Assembly: GCF_004010195.1 (NCBI RefSeq)
Contig: NC_057746.1
Span: forward strand, 17,231,327 to 17,295,326
Direction: 5' to 3'
From: Chiloscyllium plagiosum
Taxonomy: Eukaryota
DNA length: 64,000 nt
The notes under the pieces were generated by a model. It did not search any database, was not told the origin of the DNA, and saw only the letters and a list, made by a program, of their open reading frames with translations. Positions 25,030 through 38,749 of this stretch are shown one piece after another. The translations under genes and the position numbers were made by a program. The number at the start of each line of letters is the position of its first letter. The first letter of the stretch is position 1.

Positions 25030-26125
25030 CATGGGGGTCCAGCTTGTAATAGTTAGATGGATTAGGAACTGGCTGGGCAAGCAGGAGACAGAGAGCAGCA
25101 TAGCAGAAGGTAGTTTATCAAAATGGAAACCAGCGGTGATCGACAGGGATCGGTTTTTGGACCACTGTTGTTTGTATATACATAAATGATTTGGAAGGAG
25201 GTACAGGTGTTTTGATTAGCAAGTTGGCAGAAGCCACTAAGATTCATGGAGTAGCAGTTAGTGAAGGGGACTGTCAAATAATAAAGCACAATATGGATAA
25301 TTTGGAGAGTTGGACAGAAAAATGGCAGATGGAGTTTATTCCGGGCAAATGTGAGGCGATGCATTTTGGAACATCCAATTCAAGACCAAATTATACGATA
25401 AATAAAAAAGCCCTGGAGAATATTAATACACAGAGATCTGCGTGTTCAGGTCCATTGTACCCTGAAGTTGACATTAAGGTCGGTAGATTTTTCAGGAAGA
25501 CATATGGCATGCTTTCCTACATCGGACAGGTATCGAGTACAAGATTGGCAGGTCATGTGAGAGTTGGATAGGAATTGTTTGCGGCCCCAGTTGGAATGCT
25601 GTGTGTAATTCCGGTTGCAGCATTACCAAAGGATGTGGATGCTTTGGAGACGGTGCAAATGAAGTTCACCAGGATGTTGCCTGCAATGGAGGGCGCTAGC
25701 CTTGAAGAGAGGTTAATTAGATTAGGATTGTTTTCATTATAAATATGCAGGTTGAGGGGCGATTGAGGTCTAAAAGATCATGAGAGGTAAAAATAGGGTG
25801 GATATCATGACACTTTTTCTTTTCCAGAGTGGGGACTCAATTACAAGGGATGATGAGTTCAACGTGAGAGGGAAAACGTTTAACAGAGATATGTGTGGAA
25901 AGTTCTTTATGCAGATTGTGATGGGTGCTGAGAGCGCATTGACAGCAGAGGTGTTAGAGGAGGGCACGATAGTGTCATTGAAGATATATCTAGCCAGATA
26001 TATGAATGGGCATGGAGCAGAGGGACCCAGGTCCTTAGAAAGTAAGCGACAAGTTTAGATAGAGGATCTGGGATTGTTACCGGTTTGGAGGGCCGAAGGG
26101 ACTTGTTCATATGCTGAATCCACAC
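25030..26125 (+). mobile_element. CR1 LINE 3' half, decayed
   Basis: WIRNWL, QGSVFGPLLF, KWQMEF..GKCEAMHFG, and the tail 'gagggccgaagggacttgtt'. Confidence 0.88.
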
Positions 26126-26214
26126 TTCCAAACTTCTTTGGTTACCATGACGAGAGATTCAACTCAGTGCGCCACATTACCAAAAATGGTTAAACAATAG
26201 ATCAGAAATTTGGA

Positions 26215-26730
26215 ATACTATGGCAAGTAACTCACCTCCTGACTCTCCAAAACGTGTTTATCACTGCAAAAGGATCAGGCAGGAGTGAAATGCAATACTC
26301 CCTATTTATTTGGATGGATGTAGCTCCAAAAACAGTCAAGAAGCTTGACGTCATACCAGGCAAAGCAGCCTACTTGTTTGGAACAACTTCCATAAATATA
26401 AATTGCCACAATATTGACGCCAGTAGAACCAATGTGTACCATCTACTGCAGACACTAAAGATTCTCAGACAATATTTTCTAATGCACGAACACTTGGATC
26501 ATTAAGGACAATCGCATCCAATACATAGGAATGTCACCTCCCCCACCCCGTAGATTTCCCTTCAAAACACAGATAGTCCTTATCTGGAAATACGTTGTCA
26601 TTCTTTTTTGGCCCTCGGTGAAAAACCTGGCATTTTCTCTCGAATGTTATTGACAATCAACCCACATCGGGTGGAGAGCAGTGGGCAAAAAATGCTTGCC
26701 CGGCAGCAGTGCTGACATATCGCAAATGAG
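26215..26730 (+). mobile_element. Non-LTR retrotransposon 3' end sharing a tail with the Deu-type SINE
   Basis: Homologous to 18130-18490. It ends with 'gggcaaaaaatgcttgcccggcagcagtgctgacat', which resembles the SINE tail at about 34680-34720. Confidence 0.55.
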
Positions 26731-28789
26731 CAGTAATTTAGAAAAAAGCTTTTCTTTTCTTCTTTTAATATGTTTTTATGGTTTGTTCATTAAAATATTA
26801 ATTTCTTCTTACGGTACAATATCTGTCTCGGAGAATTCTTGCTGTCATATGGAGAGATGCAAATTGGCTGTGGATTAACTTTGATCATACCGCAGAATCA
26901 GTGAGGAGCCTCAGATAGATCATCCATTGAGTAATTCTAGCTGTCCGGGCTTGTAAATGCTTCACACTTGTCTTAGAAATTGATTTTCTGAACTCTGAAA
27001 GAAATAGTGAATTGGTATGTTCGTGGAGCATTTATCAAGGCAGGTTATTTAATTATGTACTAGTATTGCAAGACTGATTGTAGCAGGACTGCATAACTCA
27101 TCATACCTGCAGCTCAGTTACTGTCATATTGCAACACATAGTGTTGCACAATGTATCACTTGTCACTTCATCTTCATGACAGGAATAAAGTTACTAATAT
27201 TAAAATAATTGAAATAATTATGTTTTCTTTCCTTAGAATGCGAATTTTCTTTACAAATTTATTCTTTAAATGTGCCACATTCTGCATTATACGAAGGTAA
27301 TGTTTTGTATTTGCCCTCTTGTCTCAATATATAGCAATGAAATGAAAACGAAACATTCTACAGTCAAGTTACGACTGCAGTTGAAGCAGATGCATCTTTC
27401 CAGGTGCATTCACATTAGTTTGGATGTTAATCAGCTAATTAATTATAAACCATGGTTCTTTTAAAAACTTCAGTTATTTACAAGCAACACTTCGTTCTCT
27501 TAGATGTAAACTTCTGGGTCCTAACTTACATTTTGTTGCAGTTACTTAACTTCTTAAATGCACTGATCATGTAGCACACTCTTGCGACCACCAGAGTAAG
27601 GAGAAGAATTTAGGAAAAAAATCAAAGTTCAGACGGTAGACAAACTGAATAGGTAATTACATGATTGTTCTGTCCTACAGTTAATTGGTTTCCTGGTCAA
27701 TCTCGTCTTCTCGTTTTCAGTAAGAGGTTCACATTGGCAGTCCGTTCTTAAAGTGGCAGCTCAGCTGTGCCCAGAGAGGTTACAAAAATTATTATATTTC
27801 CACTAATCTTTCGTCCCTTCAACCGTTCAACTGTTTGGGATACATCTCCTTTCGGACTGCTTATTTATTTCTTTTCGAACTTGCCACACTCGCTAGTGTG
27901 CTTCATTGTTCACATTTTTCAAAGATGGTCTTCGAAATCTATCAACGTATTGTCCTTTTAGAATCGAGAAAACTGCAGCAATGTATGTTGAGAGTTGAGA
28001 ACAAGTTTTCCCAGTCCATGTCAGGGTATATAATAGTCCTTAATTATCCCTACTCTTTGCTAAGTTCTACACTTTTTGTCTTTTGTCTTTATTTAAAATG
28101 ACAAATGCAAAGAGACTACTTTGATTCTGATCGCTAATGCTTTTCGTTCTTCTTTATTGAATTTCTTAATTTTCTTAATTTCTTAATAATTTCCCTGATC
28201 ACTATATTGTTTTATGTTCTCATTACATTCTGCGACATGAGCTGCCTTTGTTGATAAACTTTCATTTGTAATTAAGCATAACATTTATGTCCATTGAATA
28301 TATAATGTTCGATAGTCTTGTTATATCCAGAAAATATTTGTCTGACGGCTCGCTATCTTCCTTTAATGCCTTCGACGAGACTGAGCCCGTTTTCTGCACA
28401 AGTGGCTGGTCTTAGTCCAGTAAGACCACATTTCATATTGCGTTCATAAAATTTGGATTCCTCCAGTTCATTACTCGTCAATTTCCAAACAGGTACGAAA
28501 TTTAACTAAGCAATGGGCTCTGCGTCCAAAAAGAAAATAAAAAAAGAAGATATAGCCTATAAACTGGTGCACATTAGTGATAGCCAATTTCTAATTAATA
28601 TGTCTAGAATTTCCCCATCCTTAGTTCTGTCTCCTTTCGTTGATAAAAGTTCTGCTGTTTCCAAATTAAGAACTTTTCTCTCTCTCTACTTGGCACAGAA
28701 ACAAAAGTTGCCCATAGTAATATATATATATGGTTAACATGCATTACACTGAAAGATTATTATTTTTACATATCTCTGAAACGTTGATT

Positions 28790-29390
28790 TGATTGGATTG
28801 TTTTTTACGATTGTCACATGGAACGAGATACAGTGAAAAGTATTGTTTTGCGTGCCATCCAGAAAATAAAATCTTACATAAGGGCATACAGATAATATTG
28901 TGGAATGCAGAACACAGGTGCAGTGTTACAGCTTCAGAGAAGGTGCAGAGACACATACACTGTAACATGTAAGAGGTACATTCATAAGTCTGATAAGAGC
29001 ACTGAACGAAACTCGTTTTAAAGCTGTCTTTCGTGATTCAAACTTAATGTTTGGCCATTTGGAAGACGGTGGAAAACAGCATAATCGAGGTTAGAGTGGT
29101 CTTTGCATTTTTAGATGCTCTTCTGACACAGCTGGAAATATAGACAGAGTCAATGGAAGGAAAAGCGTTTTTCGAAGTACACAGGAATGCATTCACAAAT
29201 CTCAATAATTTATTGCAATAATGGGCAGAACAGTGCCATACCAAGCTGTGATGCACCCAGAGAGAATGTTTCCTATGAAGCATCCATGAAATTTGCTTCG
29301 TGTCAATACCAAATTTCCTTAGTCTTCTGAGGACGTAGACATGTTAGTAAGTTTTCTTGACTGCTGTGTCGACGTGGATGGACTATGAGG
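28790..29390 (-). mobile_element. Rex1/Babar-like LINE 3' fragment
   Basis: Tail 'gatacagtgaaaagtattgttttgcg' and 'ccataccaagctgtgatgcacc', as in the other copies. Confidence 0.7.
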
Positions 29391-29559
29391 ATACGATGCC
29401 GAAAGAGGCATATTTTCTCATTTTTTAAAAATAGAGGGTTTGAGCCAGAGAAGCCGAGTTGTCGCTTCTAGCATAGCAAAATAATCAAACAGTAAGGCTC
29501 TTTTTTTGCTGAGTTAGAACGTGAGAAGCAGCATTTTGTCAAGGAAAAGTTACGACGTG

Positions 29560-31858
29560 TCCTTGATATGTATGTACCGTGAGGGAACCTTGGTTGACGA
29601 GGGAGGTTGAATGTCTTGTAAGGAGAAAGAAGGAGGCTTACAATAAGGCTGAGGAAACAAAGTTCAGACAGAGCGTTGGAGGGATACAGGATAGCCAGGA
29701 GGGAGCAGAAGAAAGGGATTAGGAGAGTTAAGAGAGGGCATGAAAACTCTTTGGCGGGTAGGAACAAGGATAACCCCAAAGCCTTCTTTGCGTATGTGAG
29801 AAACATGAGAATGACGAGAACGAGGGTACATCCGATCAAGGACAGTAGTGGGAGACTGTGTATTGAGTCGGAAGAGATGGGAGAGGTATTGAATGAGTAC
29901 TTTTCTTCAGTACTTACAAATGAGAGGGATCGTATTGTTGAAGAGGAGAGCATGAAACGGACTGGTAAGCTAGAGGAGATACTTGTTAAGAAGGAAGATG
30001 TGTTGGGCATTTTGAAAAACTTGAGGATAGACAAGTCCCCCGGTCCTAACGGGATATATCCTAGGATTATGTGGGAAGCAAGAGAGGAAATTGTAGAACC
30101 GTTGGCAATGATCTTTTCGTCTTCACTGTCAACGGGGGTGGTGCCAGGGGACTGGAGAGTGGCGAATGTTGTGCCCCTGTTCAAAAAAGGGAATAGGGAT
30201 AACCCTGGGAATTACAGGCAGTTAGTCTTACTTCGGTGGTAGGCAAAGTAATGGAAAGGGTACTGAGGGATAGGATTTATGAGTATCTGGAAAGACTGCT
30301 TGATTAGGGACAGCCAGTGCGGATTTGTGAGGGGTAGGTCTTGCCTTACAAGTCTTATTGAATTCTTTGAGGAGATGACCAAGCATGTGGATGAGGGTAG
30401 AGCAGTGGATGTAGTGTACATGGATTTTAGTAAGGCATTTGATAAGGTTCCTCACGGTAGGCTTATTTGGAAAGTCAGGATTCATGGGATAGTGGGAAAT
30501 TTGGCCAGTTGGATAGAGAACTGGCTAACCGGTCGAAGTCAAAGAGTGGTGTTAGATGGTAAATATTCAGCCTGGAGACCAGTTACAAGTGGAGTTCCGC
30601 AGGGATCAGTTCTGGGTCATCTGCTGTTTGTAATTTTTATTAATGACTTGGAAGAGGGAGTCGAAGGGTGGGTCATAAATTTGCAGACGATATGAAGATT
30701 GGTGGAGTTGTGGATAGTGAGGACGGCTGTTGTCGGCTGCAAAGGGACTTAGATATGATGCAGAGCTGGGCTGAGGAGTGGCAGATGGAGTTCAACCCTG
30801 TCAAGTGTGAGGTTGTCCATTTTGGAAAGACAAATAAGAATGCGGAATACAGGGTTAACGGTAGGGTTCTTAGTAAGGTAGAGGANNNNNNNNNNNNNNN
30901 NNNNNNNNNNNNNNNNNNNNNNNNNNNNNNNNNNNNNNNNNNNNNNNNNNNNNNNNNNNNNNNNNNNNNNNNNNNNNNNNNNNNNNNNNNNNNNNNNNNN
31001 NNNNNNNNNNNNNNNNNNNNNNNNNNNNNNNNNNNNNNNNNNNNNNNNNNNNNNNNNNNNNNNNNNNNNNNNNNNNNNNNNNNNNNNNNNNNNNNNNNNN
31101 NNNNNNNNNNNNNNNNNNNNNNNNNNNNNNNNNNNNNNNNNNNNNNNNNNNNNNNNNNNNNNNNNNNNNNNNNNNNNNNNNNNNNNNNNNNNNNNNNNNN
31201 NNNNNNNNNNNNNNNNNNNNNNNNNNNNNNNNNNNNNNNNNNNNNNNNNNNNNNNNNNNNNNNNNNNNNNNNNNNNNNNNNNNNNNNNNNNNNNNNNNNN
31301 NNNNNNNNNNNNNNNNNNNNNNNNNNNNNNNNNNNNNNNNNNNNNNNNNNNNNNNNNNNNNNNNNNNNNNNNNNNNNNNNNNNNNNNNNNNNNNNNNNNN
31401 NNNNNNNNNNNNNNNNNNNNNNNNNNNNNNNNNNNNNNNNNNNNNNNNNNNNNNNNNNNNNNNNNNNNNNNNNNNNNNNNNNNNNNNNNNNNNNNNNNNN
31501 NNNNNNNNNNNNNNNNNNNNNNNNNNNNNNNNNNNNNNNNNNNNNNNNNNNNNNNNNNNNNNNNNNNNNNNNNNNNNNNNNNNNNNNNNNNNNNNNNNNN
31601 NNNNNNNNNNNNNNNNNNNNNNNNNNNNNNNNNNNNNNNNNNNNNNNNNNNNNNNNNNNNNNNNNNNNNNNNNNNNNNNNNNNNNNNNNNNNNNNNNNNN
31701 NNNNNNNNNNNNNNNNNNNNNNCAGAGTCAGAATCATTGGTGACCTTTAAGCGGCAATTAAATAGGTACATGGATAGGTGCTTAAGCTAGGACAAATGTT
31801 CGGCACAACATCGTGGGCCGAAGGGCCTGTTCTGTGCTGTATTGTTCTATTTTCTATT
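29560..31858 (+). mobile_element. Relatively young CR1 LINE (5'-truncated, frameshifted, spans a gap)
   Basis: [61 protein letters not shown]; tail 'gggccgaagggcctgttctgtgctgtattgttctat'. Confidence 0.95.
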
Positions 31859-32224
31859 TTATTAACGGGTGGAGTCATGATCCCACAGAGCAAGGGTTTC
31901 AATTTAAATTCCAGTTGTTGGTGTTTGGAAATAGTGGAAGCCATGATGGATCTCTCTTGGTCAAAACAAGAAGTTGGAGTCCTGGCTCTCTGCCAGACCT
32001 TTCCATTGGTGTTCTTCTCTCAAGGACTGGAAAAGCGTCACATGTGAGACAAACTATTTTACAAGACTTCCATCTGCGAAAGGTATGTTTTGGGATGTTA
32101 CTATGTTGGAACAGTTGCTTTTTAGTAGTCAAATAACGTATCATTTTATTAAATCTTCAGATCGTGTTAAAGTTATTCTAATACTTCTTTTTTCATTTGT
32201 ATATTAACTGAGTTTGAGAATGAA

Positions 32225-32855
32225 GTGTGTGTTGCTTAAAGTCGAATAGTGTGGCCAATGTAAGTGCACATGGGACATCTTCTGGATGTATTTGCAGGGC
32301 GTTTCGTATGGCTCACAAAAGGAGCAGGACAGATTTTTAGTGATATTTACTCCTACACACTTGAAGCTCTTGAACACCATTGATTTCGACCGCGGTGTTC
32401 CTACCATCCTGCTTCCTGATGTCGATGATCGGTGCCTTCCTTTTTCTGACGTTGAGGTAAAGACTGTTTTCTTTACACAATGCCACTAAGGTATTGAGTT
32501 CTATCCTGTCCTCTTTCCTGTCACCGATTGACATGGGATCCACTACTGTGATGTCATTACCAAATTTTTAAATAGATTTAGAGCTGAATTTGATCACACT
32601 GTTGCAAGTATACATGGATTATATCAAGGGTCAGTGGACGCAGCCTTCCAGAGCACCAGTGTTGAGGATTATCGTGGAGGAGGTGCTGTCACCTATCCTT
32701 ACTGATTATGGCCTCTGGGTCAGCAAGTACAGGATTCAGTTGCAGAGGGAGGAGCAAAGTCCGATTTCTCGTAGTTTAGTTGATATTGCGTTGTTGAATG
32801 ACAAACTGAAAGTAACAAATTGGAGTCTATTGGGGGTATCCTTGTAATCCACATA
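32225..32855 (-). mobile_element. Rex1/Babar-like LINE RT fragment
   Basis: LVALCKENSLYLNVRK...IIDIRK and FKCVGVNITKNLS on the minus strand. Confidence 0.75.
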
Positions 32856-34424
32856 TTGTGGACGTTGGCACTGGGATGACAACGGAATTTAAGATGTCAA
32901 TCCTGATCATGTTTCGGAGAAGTCATGGTCATAACTATGATAACCCCCTACTATCACTTGCCTATGTGTTCCTTCGGCCTCTCTGTCGCATTTCTCTCCT
33001 TAAAGTAAAATACATTCTGTTCCTTTGAAACTTGAACGTGAAATTAAACTTAATTAACTTCTTTATGTTAACTTGGTTAAAATTGACTCGGTTTATCATA
33101 AACTAATTTCGAATTTTAACTCCTGTAGTTTTCAATAGTTGAGAAGTGATGGTACATTCGAAGTGCGTGGAAATTCATTTTGATACTTAGTTCCATTTCT
33201 TTCTGGGTTCGATATCGTTTTCGTGCTTGGTGTACTACATTTATTTTCTCACGTTAAAGGCAGGATGTCACATGTGTCTAGATTTACGTGAAGTTACCTA
33301 AAACATAAATAAAGATGAGAACTAATGCTACCAATCGTGAACCTAAGAATTATAATTATACCATATGGACATGCTATCTATCTTGCCCGGTTTCACTTTT
33401 GGTGTCTAACATGTGTAGTATTGTGATCAACTGATACAGAATAGGTTGTGGCATTCACCAGTTTTTGCAAAATTGCATTAAGATGGATTTACGTCTGTTT
33501 TCTTGAACTGGGTAGGTGGAGCGTTCGCATATAATCCTGGAGCATTGTTGTTAATATATTTGCATAGTTTGGGTGTCTAAAAGATAAGTTTTCTGGATGT
33601 GGAAAATGTAAAGGTAGGTTGCTTGGATTTTTAAACAAAGCTAAAGTAAACAGTTAAGTTAAATATGGAAGGTAGAATGACATCTCTGAACATGAAACTT
33701 ATGAATCAACGTAGAGCTTTATATAAATGGATGGCAAATATTTTAATGACAGTGGACTGGGAAAAGGAGACTTAGAAATTTTAAAAAATCGTAACAGCAA
33801 AAAGTAAGGACACAGAATGATAAACGAAAACAATAACTTGAAGAATAATATCACAATAGGGATTACAGTGAAATGAAAACAATATAGAATTAAAAAGTGA
33901 TGTGCAATGGAACAGATTTTCGAATAAGAAATTTTCAATTGCTAAGAGACAATAATGGCAGAAACGTATCGAAAAGAAAACGACAGGATGCCCATTCTGC
34001 GACATTCTTCCTTTCAAAATGATTATCATGGATCTTCAGACTCTACCCATATTGGCGTGATCCTTTGATACAGCTTCTATCATCAGCTCATTCACAAATT
34101 GTGTATAGCATCTCCTGAGGCAGTGTGCCTTTTTCAGCAATCTTTACCCTATCTATTCACTCAATACTTCAACCATGTTTTTCAGGTTGTTGCCTAGAAT
34201 GCTGGGGCATTTATAAACTATCTCTCTCTCTCTCTCTCTCTGTATGTGCGTGTGCGCATGTGTGTGTGTTTATTTGTTCTTTTCTTTTTCGCACTGAGCC
34301 AAACATACTTACCATTGAATGACTAAATGAAAAGTATACTTCTTTATGGAAGGGAATTTGAGTTACCGTTCACTAGTCCAAGTCTGGATGATTAATAGAT
34401 GGTTGTTTCAGGAGATGCACTCCA

Positions 34425-34735
34425 AATGGAAAAATTGTTAGATTTTTAATCCAAAAACCCAGGCATTTTTCTCAGATCTGGTTTCGAATATCACGATGGA
34501 AGATGGCAGCATTTTCTTCAATATAAATCTGTGATTAAGTGTCCAGTAATGATGATGACAATTATTGGCTTCTTAACGACTGTTCTGTAGGAATGGAAAC
34601 TGCTATCCACACCTGGTCTGGGCTACATGTAACTACAGACCGAGGTCAATGCCTTAACTGCCCTTTGAATAATAATAGATTAGCAATAAATGTTGGCCTG
34701 GCCCGGGATGCACTTACCTCTTTAATGAATACTAA
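34425..34735 (+). mobile_element. Deu-domain (SacSINE1-like) SINE, old
   Basis: Core 'ggaaactgctatccacacctggtctgggctacatgtaactacagacc...cttaactgccctttgaa' resembles the Deu domain as I recall it; tail 'gcaataaatgttggcctggcc'. Confidence 0.65.
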
Positions 34736-36489
34736 TGTAAAATTCCATCAGAAAGTAGGATTTTATTTATTTAGATCAATTCTCTTCATTCTATCTGCTT
34801 GCTTCTCCAAGATAGTGCTGCTGCTCGAAATAACAATTGGGAATGTCGACTTAGACGTCCAGTGATAAAACACTTTTCAACCATTTGTCCACCTCTATGG
34901 CTGTCAGTTTGACAAGTACAAATGACAAAGATGTGAGTGTGCACCACCTCATTAAAACTTCGCACAAGTTTCTAATTTTAAGATGTGATAGGATAGTCAT
35001 GCGATGAAAAGTCAGAGTACGTGTTACTTCCAGCTGAGCTCCTCGTGTCTTTGCTCATCACTTGTCATCGAGCTGTTGTTCTGATTTTTCTCTCTCCGTT
35101 ACGTTACCCCACGTAAAATCCTTATGACAAAATACGTTGCAAATTATGGCATTGTGTTAATGAAAGAAAATGAAAGGAACATCTTTTATATCAGGAACCA
35201 AGCTTTGACAACAGATCGCATCACTCCCCAGGAGACGTTAGCAAAATTCAAACTTTTTATTTCATAAGCTTTTATAACATTGCATCCGCTTTTTGGAAAG
35301 CTATTTGGAAAGAGACCAGTCAATAAGAACTTATTAACATCATTCATGAGTGTGCATTTCATCAAAATAAATGTACGACGTTTTAGCTGACACCATTTCT
35401 CTTTTTGCATATGCGTTTATACCGTGGGTGCTTTGGAATTTTTGATAAATCTGTATGCTCAACTTCTATGAGATGCACTCGTCACTTATACTGCCAAAAC
35501 TGATATTCAATCGCCAAAATCAAGCAACATGATGCTCCGTTATTTTAACCTGATTCACTCAATCCTTCTGAGAATTCCATTTTCCCCACACTGAGTCACT
35601 GCCGATTAGCTTCCACTTCATTTCCAAAATGCAGGAATCCAATTATTTGAGTGGATCTTCCTTTAAACTGACATGTCATAATCTTCACTGTGTTCATAGT
35701 CAGAGTTATTCCACAATGACCCATCTTCCGTTTGAACTTTGTTTTTAAATTGTATCTTGATACGTGCAGTCAAAGTCTTTCAATTTGCAGGACCACTTTT
35801 GATATCGAGCACCTGCAATTTCGTTGTTGCAATAATGTGGCTTTTCAAAACGCAGTCGAGTTTCAATTGAAACATATCTACAAGCTACACAATCGAACTA
35901 TGGTTGAAAAATCAAAGGCAGTCAGATGTAAGCTACGTACCTTCCAGTTACGGTGTTTGATATCTTTTGTTAACTTCCGAGATCAATACATGTGTCAACA
36001 TTAATCGAATCTGCTCATATGTTCCTGGAATGTAAAAAATGGAGAGTGGTTTATTTCTTCAATCGATATCGTATCCATGCATCTAAAAGTTATACAGTGC
36101 AAATCATAAGTAAAAATCTCCTTGATTTTTTATGTGAATAAGGTCTATAATAAATAACTTGAATCAGTCTTGAATTCGCCCCGCCCTCGGCACGCACGTT
36201 AATTCTGGATGACGAGGAAAATGATTGGTTTCAGTGCAAACAGTTCGAAAAAAAATTCCACCTCCCTATCCCACCACTTCCCAACACAATGTTCACGGGA
36301 ACTTCCAATAAATTATTCCTTACCTCAATGATTTCATACTAAATAAGCTGTGCATCAGTTTATTAAAATAGCTGTGGTAGATTAGGCAAGCCTTTCGCTC
36401 TCTCGAGATATTTTCGAAACATAAATGCATTGTGTTTGACTCAACGTCCTACCTTCCAAAGTAAAAGCTGATATTTTCTATCGGAGAAA

Positions 36490-36567
36490 ATGGGACATTT
36501 GACAATTGCTCAACTGAAAAAAAAAGAAACATTTACTATCCTCTTTTTGCATTACTTGGTGCTCTAG
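36490..36567 (+). pseudogene. Exon 1 of a second GPR139-like paralog, frameshifted in an A-run
   Basis: ATG GGA CAT TTG ACA ATT GCT CAA CTG, then an A9 run, then in another frame ATT TAC TAT CCT CTT TTT GCA TTA CTT GGT GCT CTA G|GTAAGA (IYYPLFALLGAL, phase-1 donor). There is no in-frame ATG after the upstream TAA at 36462. Confidence 0.8.
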
Positions 36568-37144
36568 GTAAGATTCAATTTTAAAAAAACTAGTATGTTC
36601 CACATTCAATTCGTTGTAATAAAGGTTTACTTTTTTGCTTCTCTAATAATATAAATGCGTTGTTGTAACATTTTGTTCATAATTGAACATTAATTGCGCA
36701 AGCCCAATAATTAAAGCTATTTCAAATTTCAAAGCTTCTTGTTACACATATTGGAAGGAATTTTAAATTTATTTTCACATTTGAAAACTGGCAAGCTGTT
36801 GATTTACATTTCAAACAAAAGCTAACCCTCTATATTGTGGCATACTAGGTTGTTACATTAGCTGATTCATTGATGTAAAGTGATACGTGCAAGCATGAAA
36901 ATAAAGCGAATATCAGCGGTACAGATATCACATTTTAAACATTTAAACATTCGAAACCCGAATAGTATTTACATTTTCAGTTGTGTAGTAAATTTAAAAT
37001 ATTCTATTCACATCATTAGCAGCAATATATGTATTACAGTTCCCTTTCTTCAGCTGATAACTCACGCTGCCTCAGTGGAAGGCGTTGCCCCTCCTCTACC
37101 CCAGCCTTTTTCTGCACTCTATCACACGGAATGGTGCCCTACAG

Positions 37145-37460
37145 TGTAGAAAAAAAACCCTTTGACCCAACAAGTCCACAGCAAATCTACGAAGAGCATC
37201 CCACCCAAACTCACTCACCCACCTATTATTCTACATTTGCCCCTGAATAATGCAGCTCACCTGTACATCCCTAAACACGACAAGCAATTTAGCATGAAAA
37301 TTCATCTAACCTGCACATCTTTGGACTGTGGGAGGAAACTGGAGCACCCGCAAGAAACCTCCGTAGACACAGGGATAATGTGCAATCTCCACAGAGACAC
37401 TTTCCTGAGCATGGAATCGAGCACCAGTTCCTGGCGCTGTGATGCAGTAGCGCTAATGAC
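37145..37460 (-). mobile_element. HE1-type SINE
   Basis: Sequence 'gcacatctttggactgtgggaggaaactggagcacccg' is the reverse complement of the HE1 body. Confidence 0.85.
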
Positions 37461-37544
37461 TGATCGACTCTACTGGCCTAAATCTAAAAGCTGAACAGTT
37501 GTATCTGGTCTCGATTTGTCGTGGATCCCCTTGCCCCGTACCAA

Positions 37545-38290
37545 GAACTTGTGCTGCTAAGCCCTTATACAAACCAATGTGCAACAGTTTCCCCAGATTA
37601 AAAGAAAACTCACACAATACCCTTTCACACCACACATCACGACCTGGAAATTCAGGACAATCATGGGCAAACCCGCCAGTGACAAATTGAAATGTTACTC
37701 TGACATCTTTGCACAGGAACTCAAGCGCTATAATAATGATATTGCTGCCCTCAGAGAAACCCAGCAGCAAGGGAAAAGGCAGTTCAGAGATCAACGTGGT
37801 GGCTACATCCTTTTCTGGAAGAGCAAGGCCGGACGGAGGGTCACATCCATAGAGTTAGCTTCACCATCTAAAACGAACTGGTGTACCAAATCAAAGATCT
37901 CCCCTCCCACTCCTCCCACCCCCGAGAAAAAGCGAGCACCTCATGTCACTCCAACTCAGATGCAATATGTTACGTTATTCAATACATATGCACCAACGCT
38001 TGATGCAGCAGCAAGAAGAAATTCTACTCCAGCTTTGACCAACCTCTCACCGGTCCTTGCTGCAGACAAACTAATTAACTTCTGTGACTTCAATGCTAGA
38101 GTCCACAAAAATGCAGATCTCTGGGAGGATGTAATCAGGAAAAAGCGAGTAGGAAAGGAAGACCCAACCAGCAGTCTTCTTCTAACTAAATTCCACGCAC
38201 ACAACCATCTCAGCACTTAACCAGGAAACACCCAGACCGATTTGACAAGAATAATCAGGTGATCCAAGAACCGATAAATCAGAAGTTCAT
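37545..38290 (+). mobile_element. RTE-clade LINE APE endonuclease remnant
   Basis: ITTWKFRT...AQELKRYNNDIAALRET...GGYILFW...YAPTL...DKLINFCDFNARV. Confidence 0.8.
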
Positions 38291-38749
38291 GTCAATTTAA
38301 TTTAATTTCACTTTAGAACTCCTCTCAATTTTTTTTATATCTAAAGGTGGCCATGGGTACTAACATGGGCCACAGTTAAAGCTGTCTTTTTGTGTAGAAT
38401 ATTCTTTGTTCCAGTCCTACTTTCCCCCAACCCACAGCTCATTACCAGTATATCATTGCTTAAGCTGCTTCTCTTTCTCGTCCAGAAATAGAAAAAAATG
38501 ATATATTTATTTTCAAATTTCCACACCACTTTCACCTGAACATTTCCATTAATGATTATTCCAGCCTCTTCACCAACATCTCTGTTCCTATTTCTGGGGA
38601 TTAACTGGCCACCAAGGACAAGACCTTTGATTCCCACAGATCTCTTGGTTATATATTTTCGTAGCCAGCTTCCTTTAGGACCATTTTCCATTCTTGACAA
38701 GACATACCTTCCACACTTAGGTCTGCTTTCCATCTACAACGGTGATTGG

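Noticed and set aside
27100-27200. QLLSYCNT, resembling TM7 QLLSCCTNT
   Set aside because: I found no collinear TM5/TM6 or downstream similarity, so it cannot be distinguished from chance.
29468-30184. 238-aa minus-strand ORF
   Set aside because: Antisense shadow of CR1 ORF2.
30668-31771. Long ORFs of about 175-409 aa here and at 51023-52269 and 59244-60517
   Set aside because: Their length comes from N runs translated as X; the real residues are CR1 fragments or their antisense.
33699-34029. Hydrophobic minus-strand ORFs with PIVIL and HSVSLLFAVTIF, vaguely GPCR-like
   Set aside because: AT-rich compositional artefact; the RGKCGLS and DRF motifs are absent.
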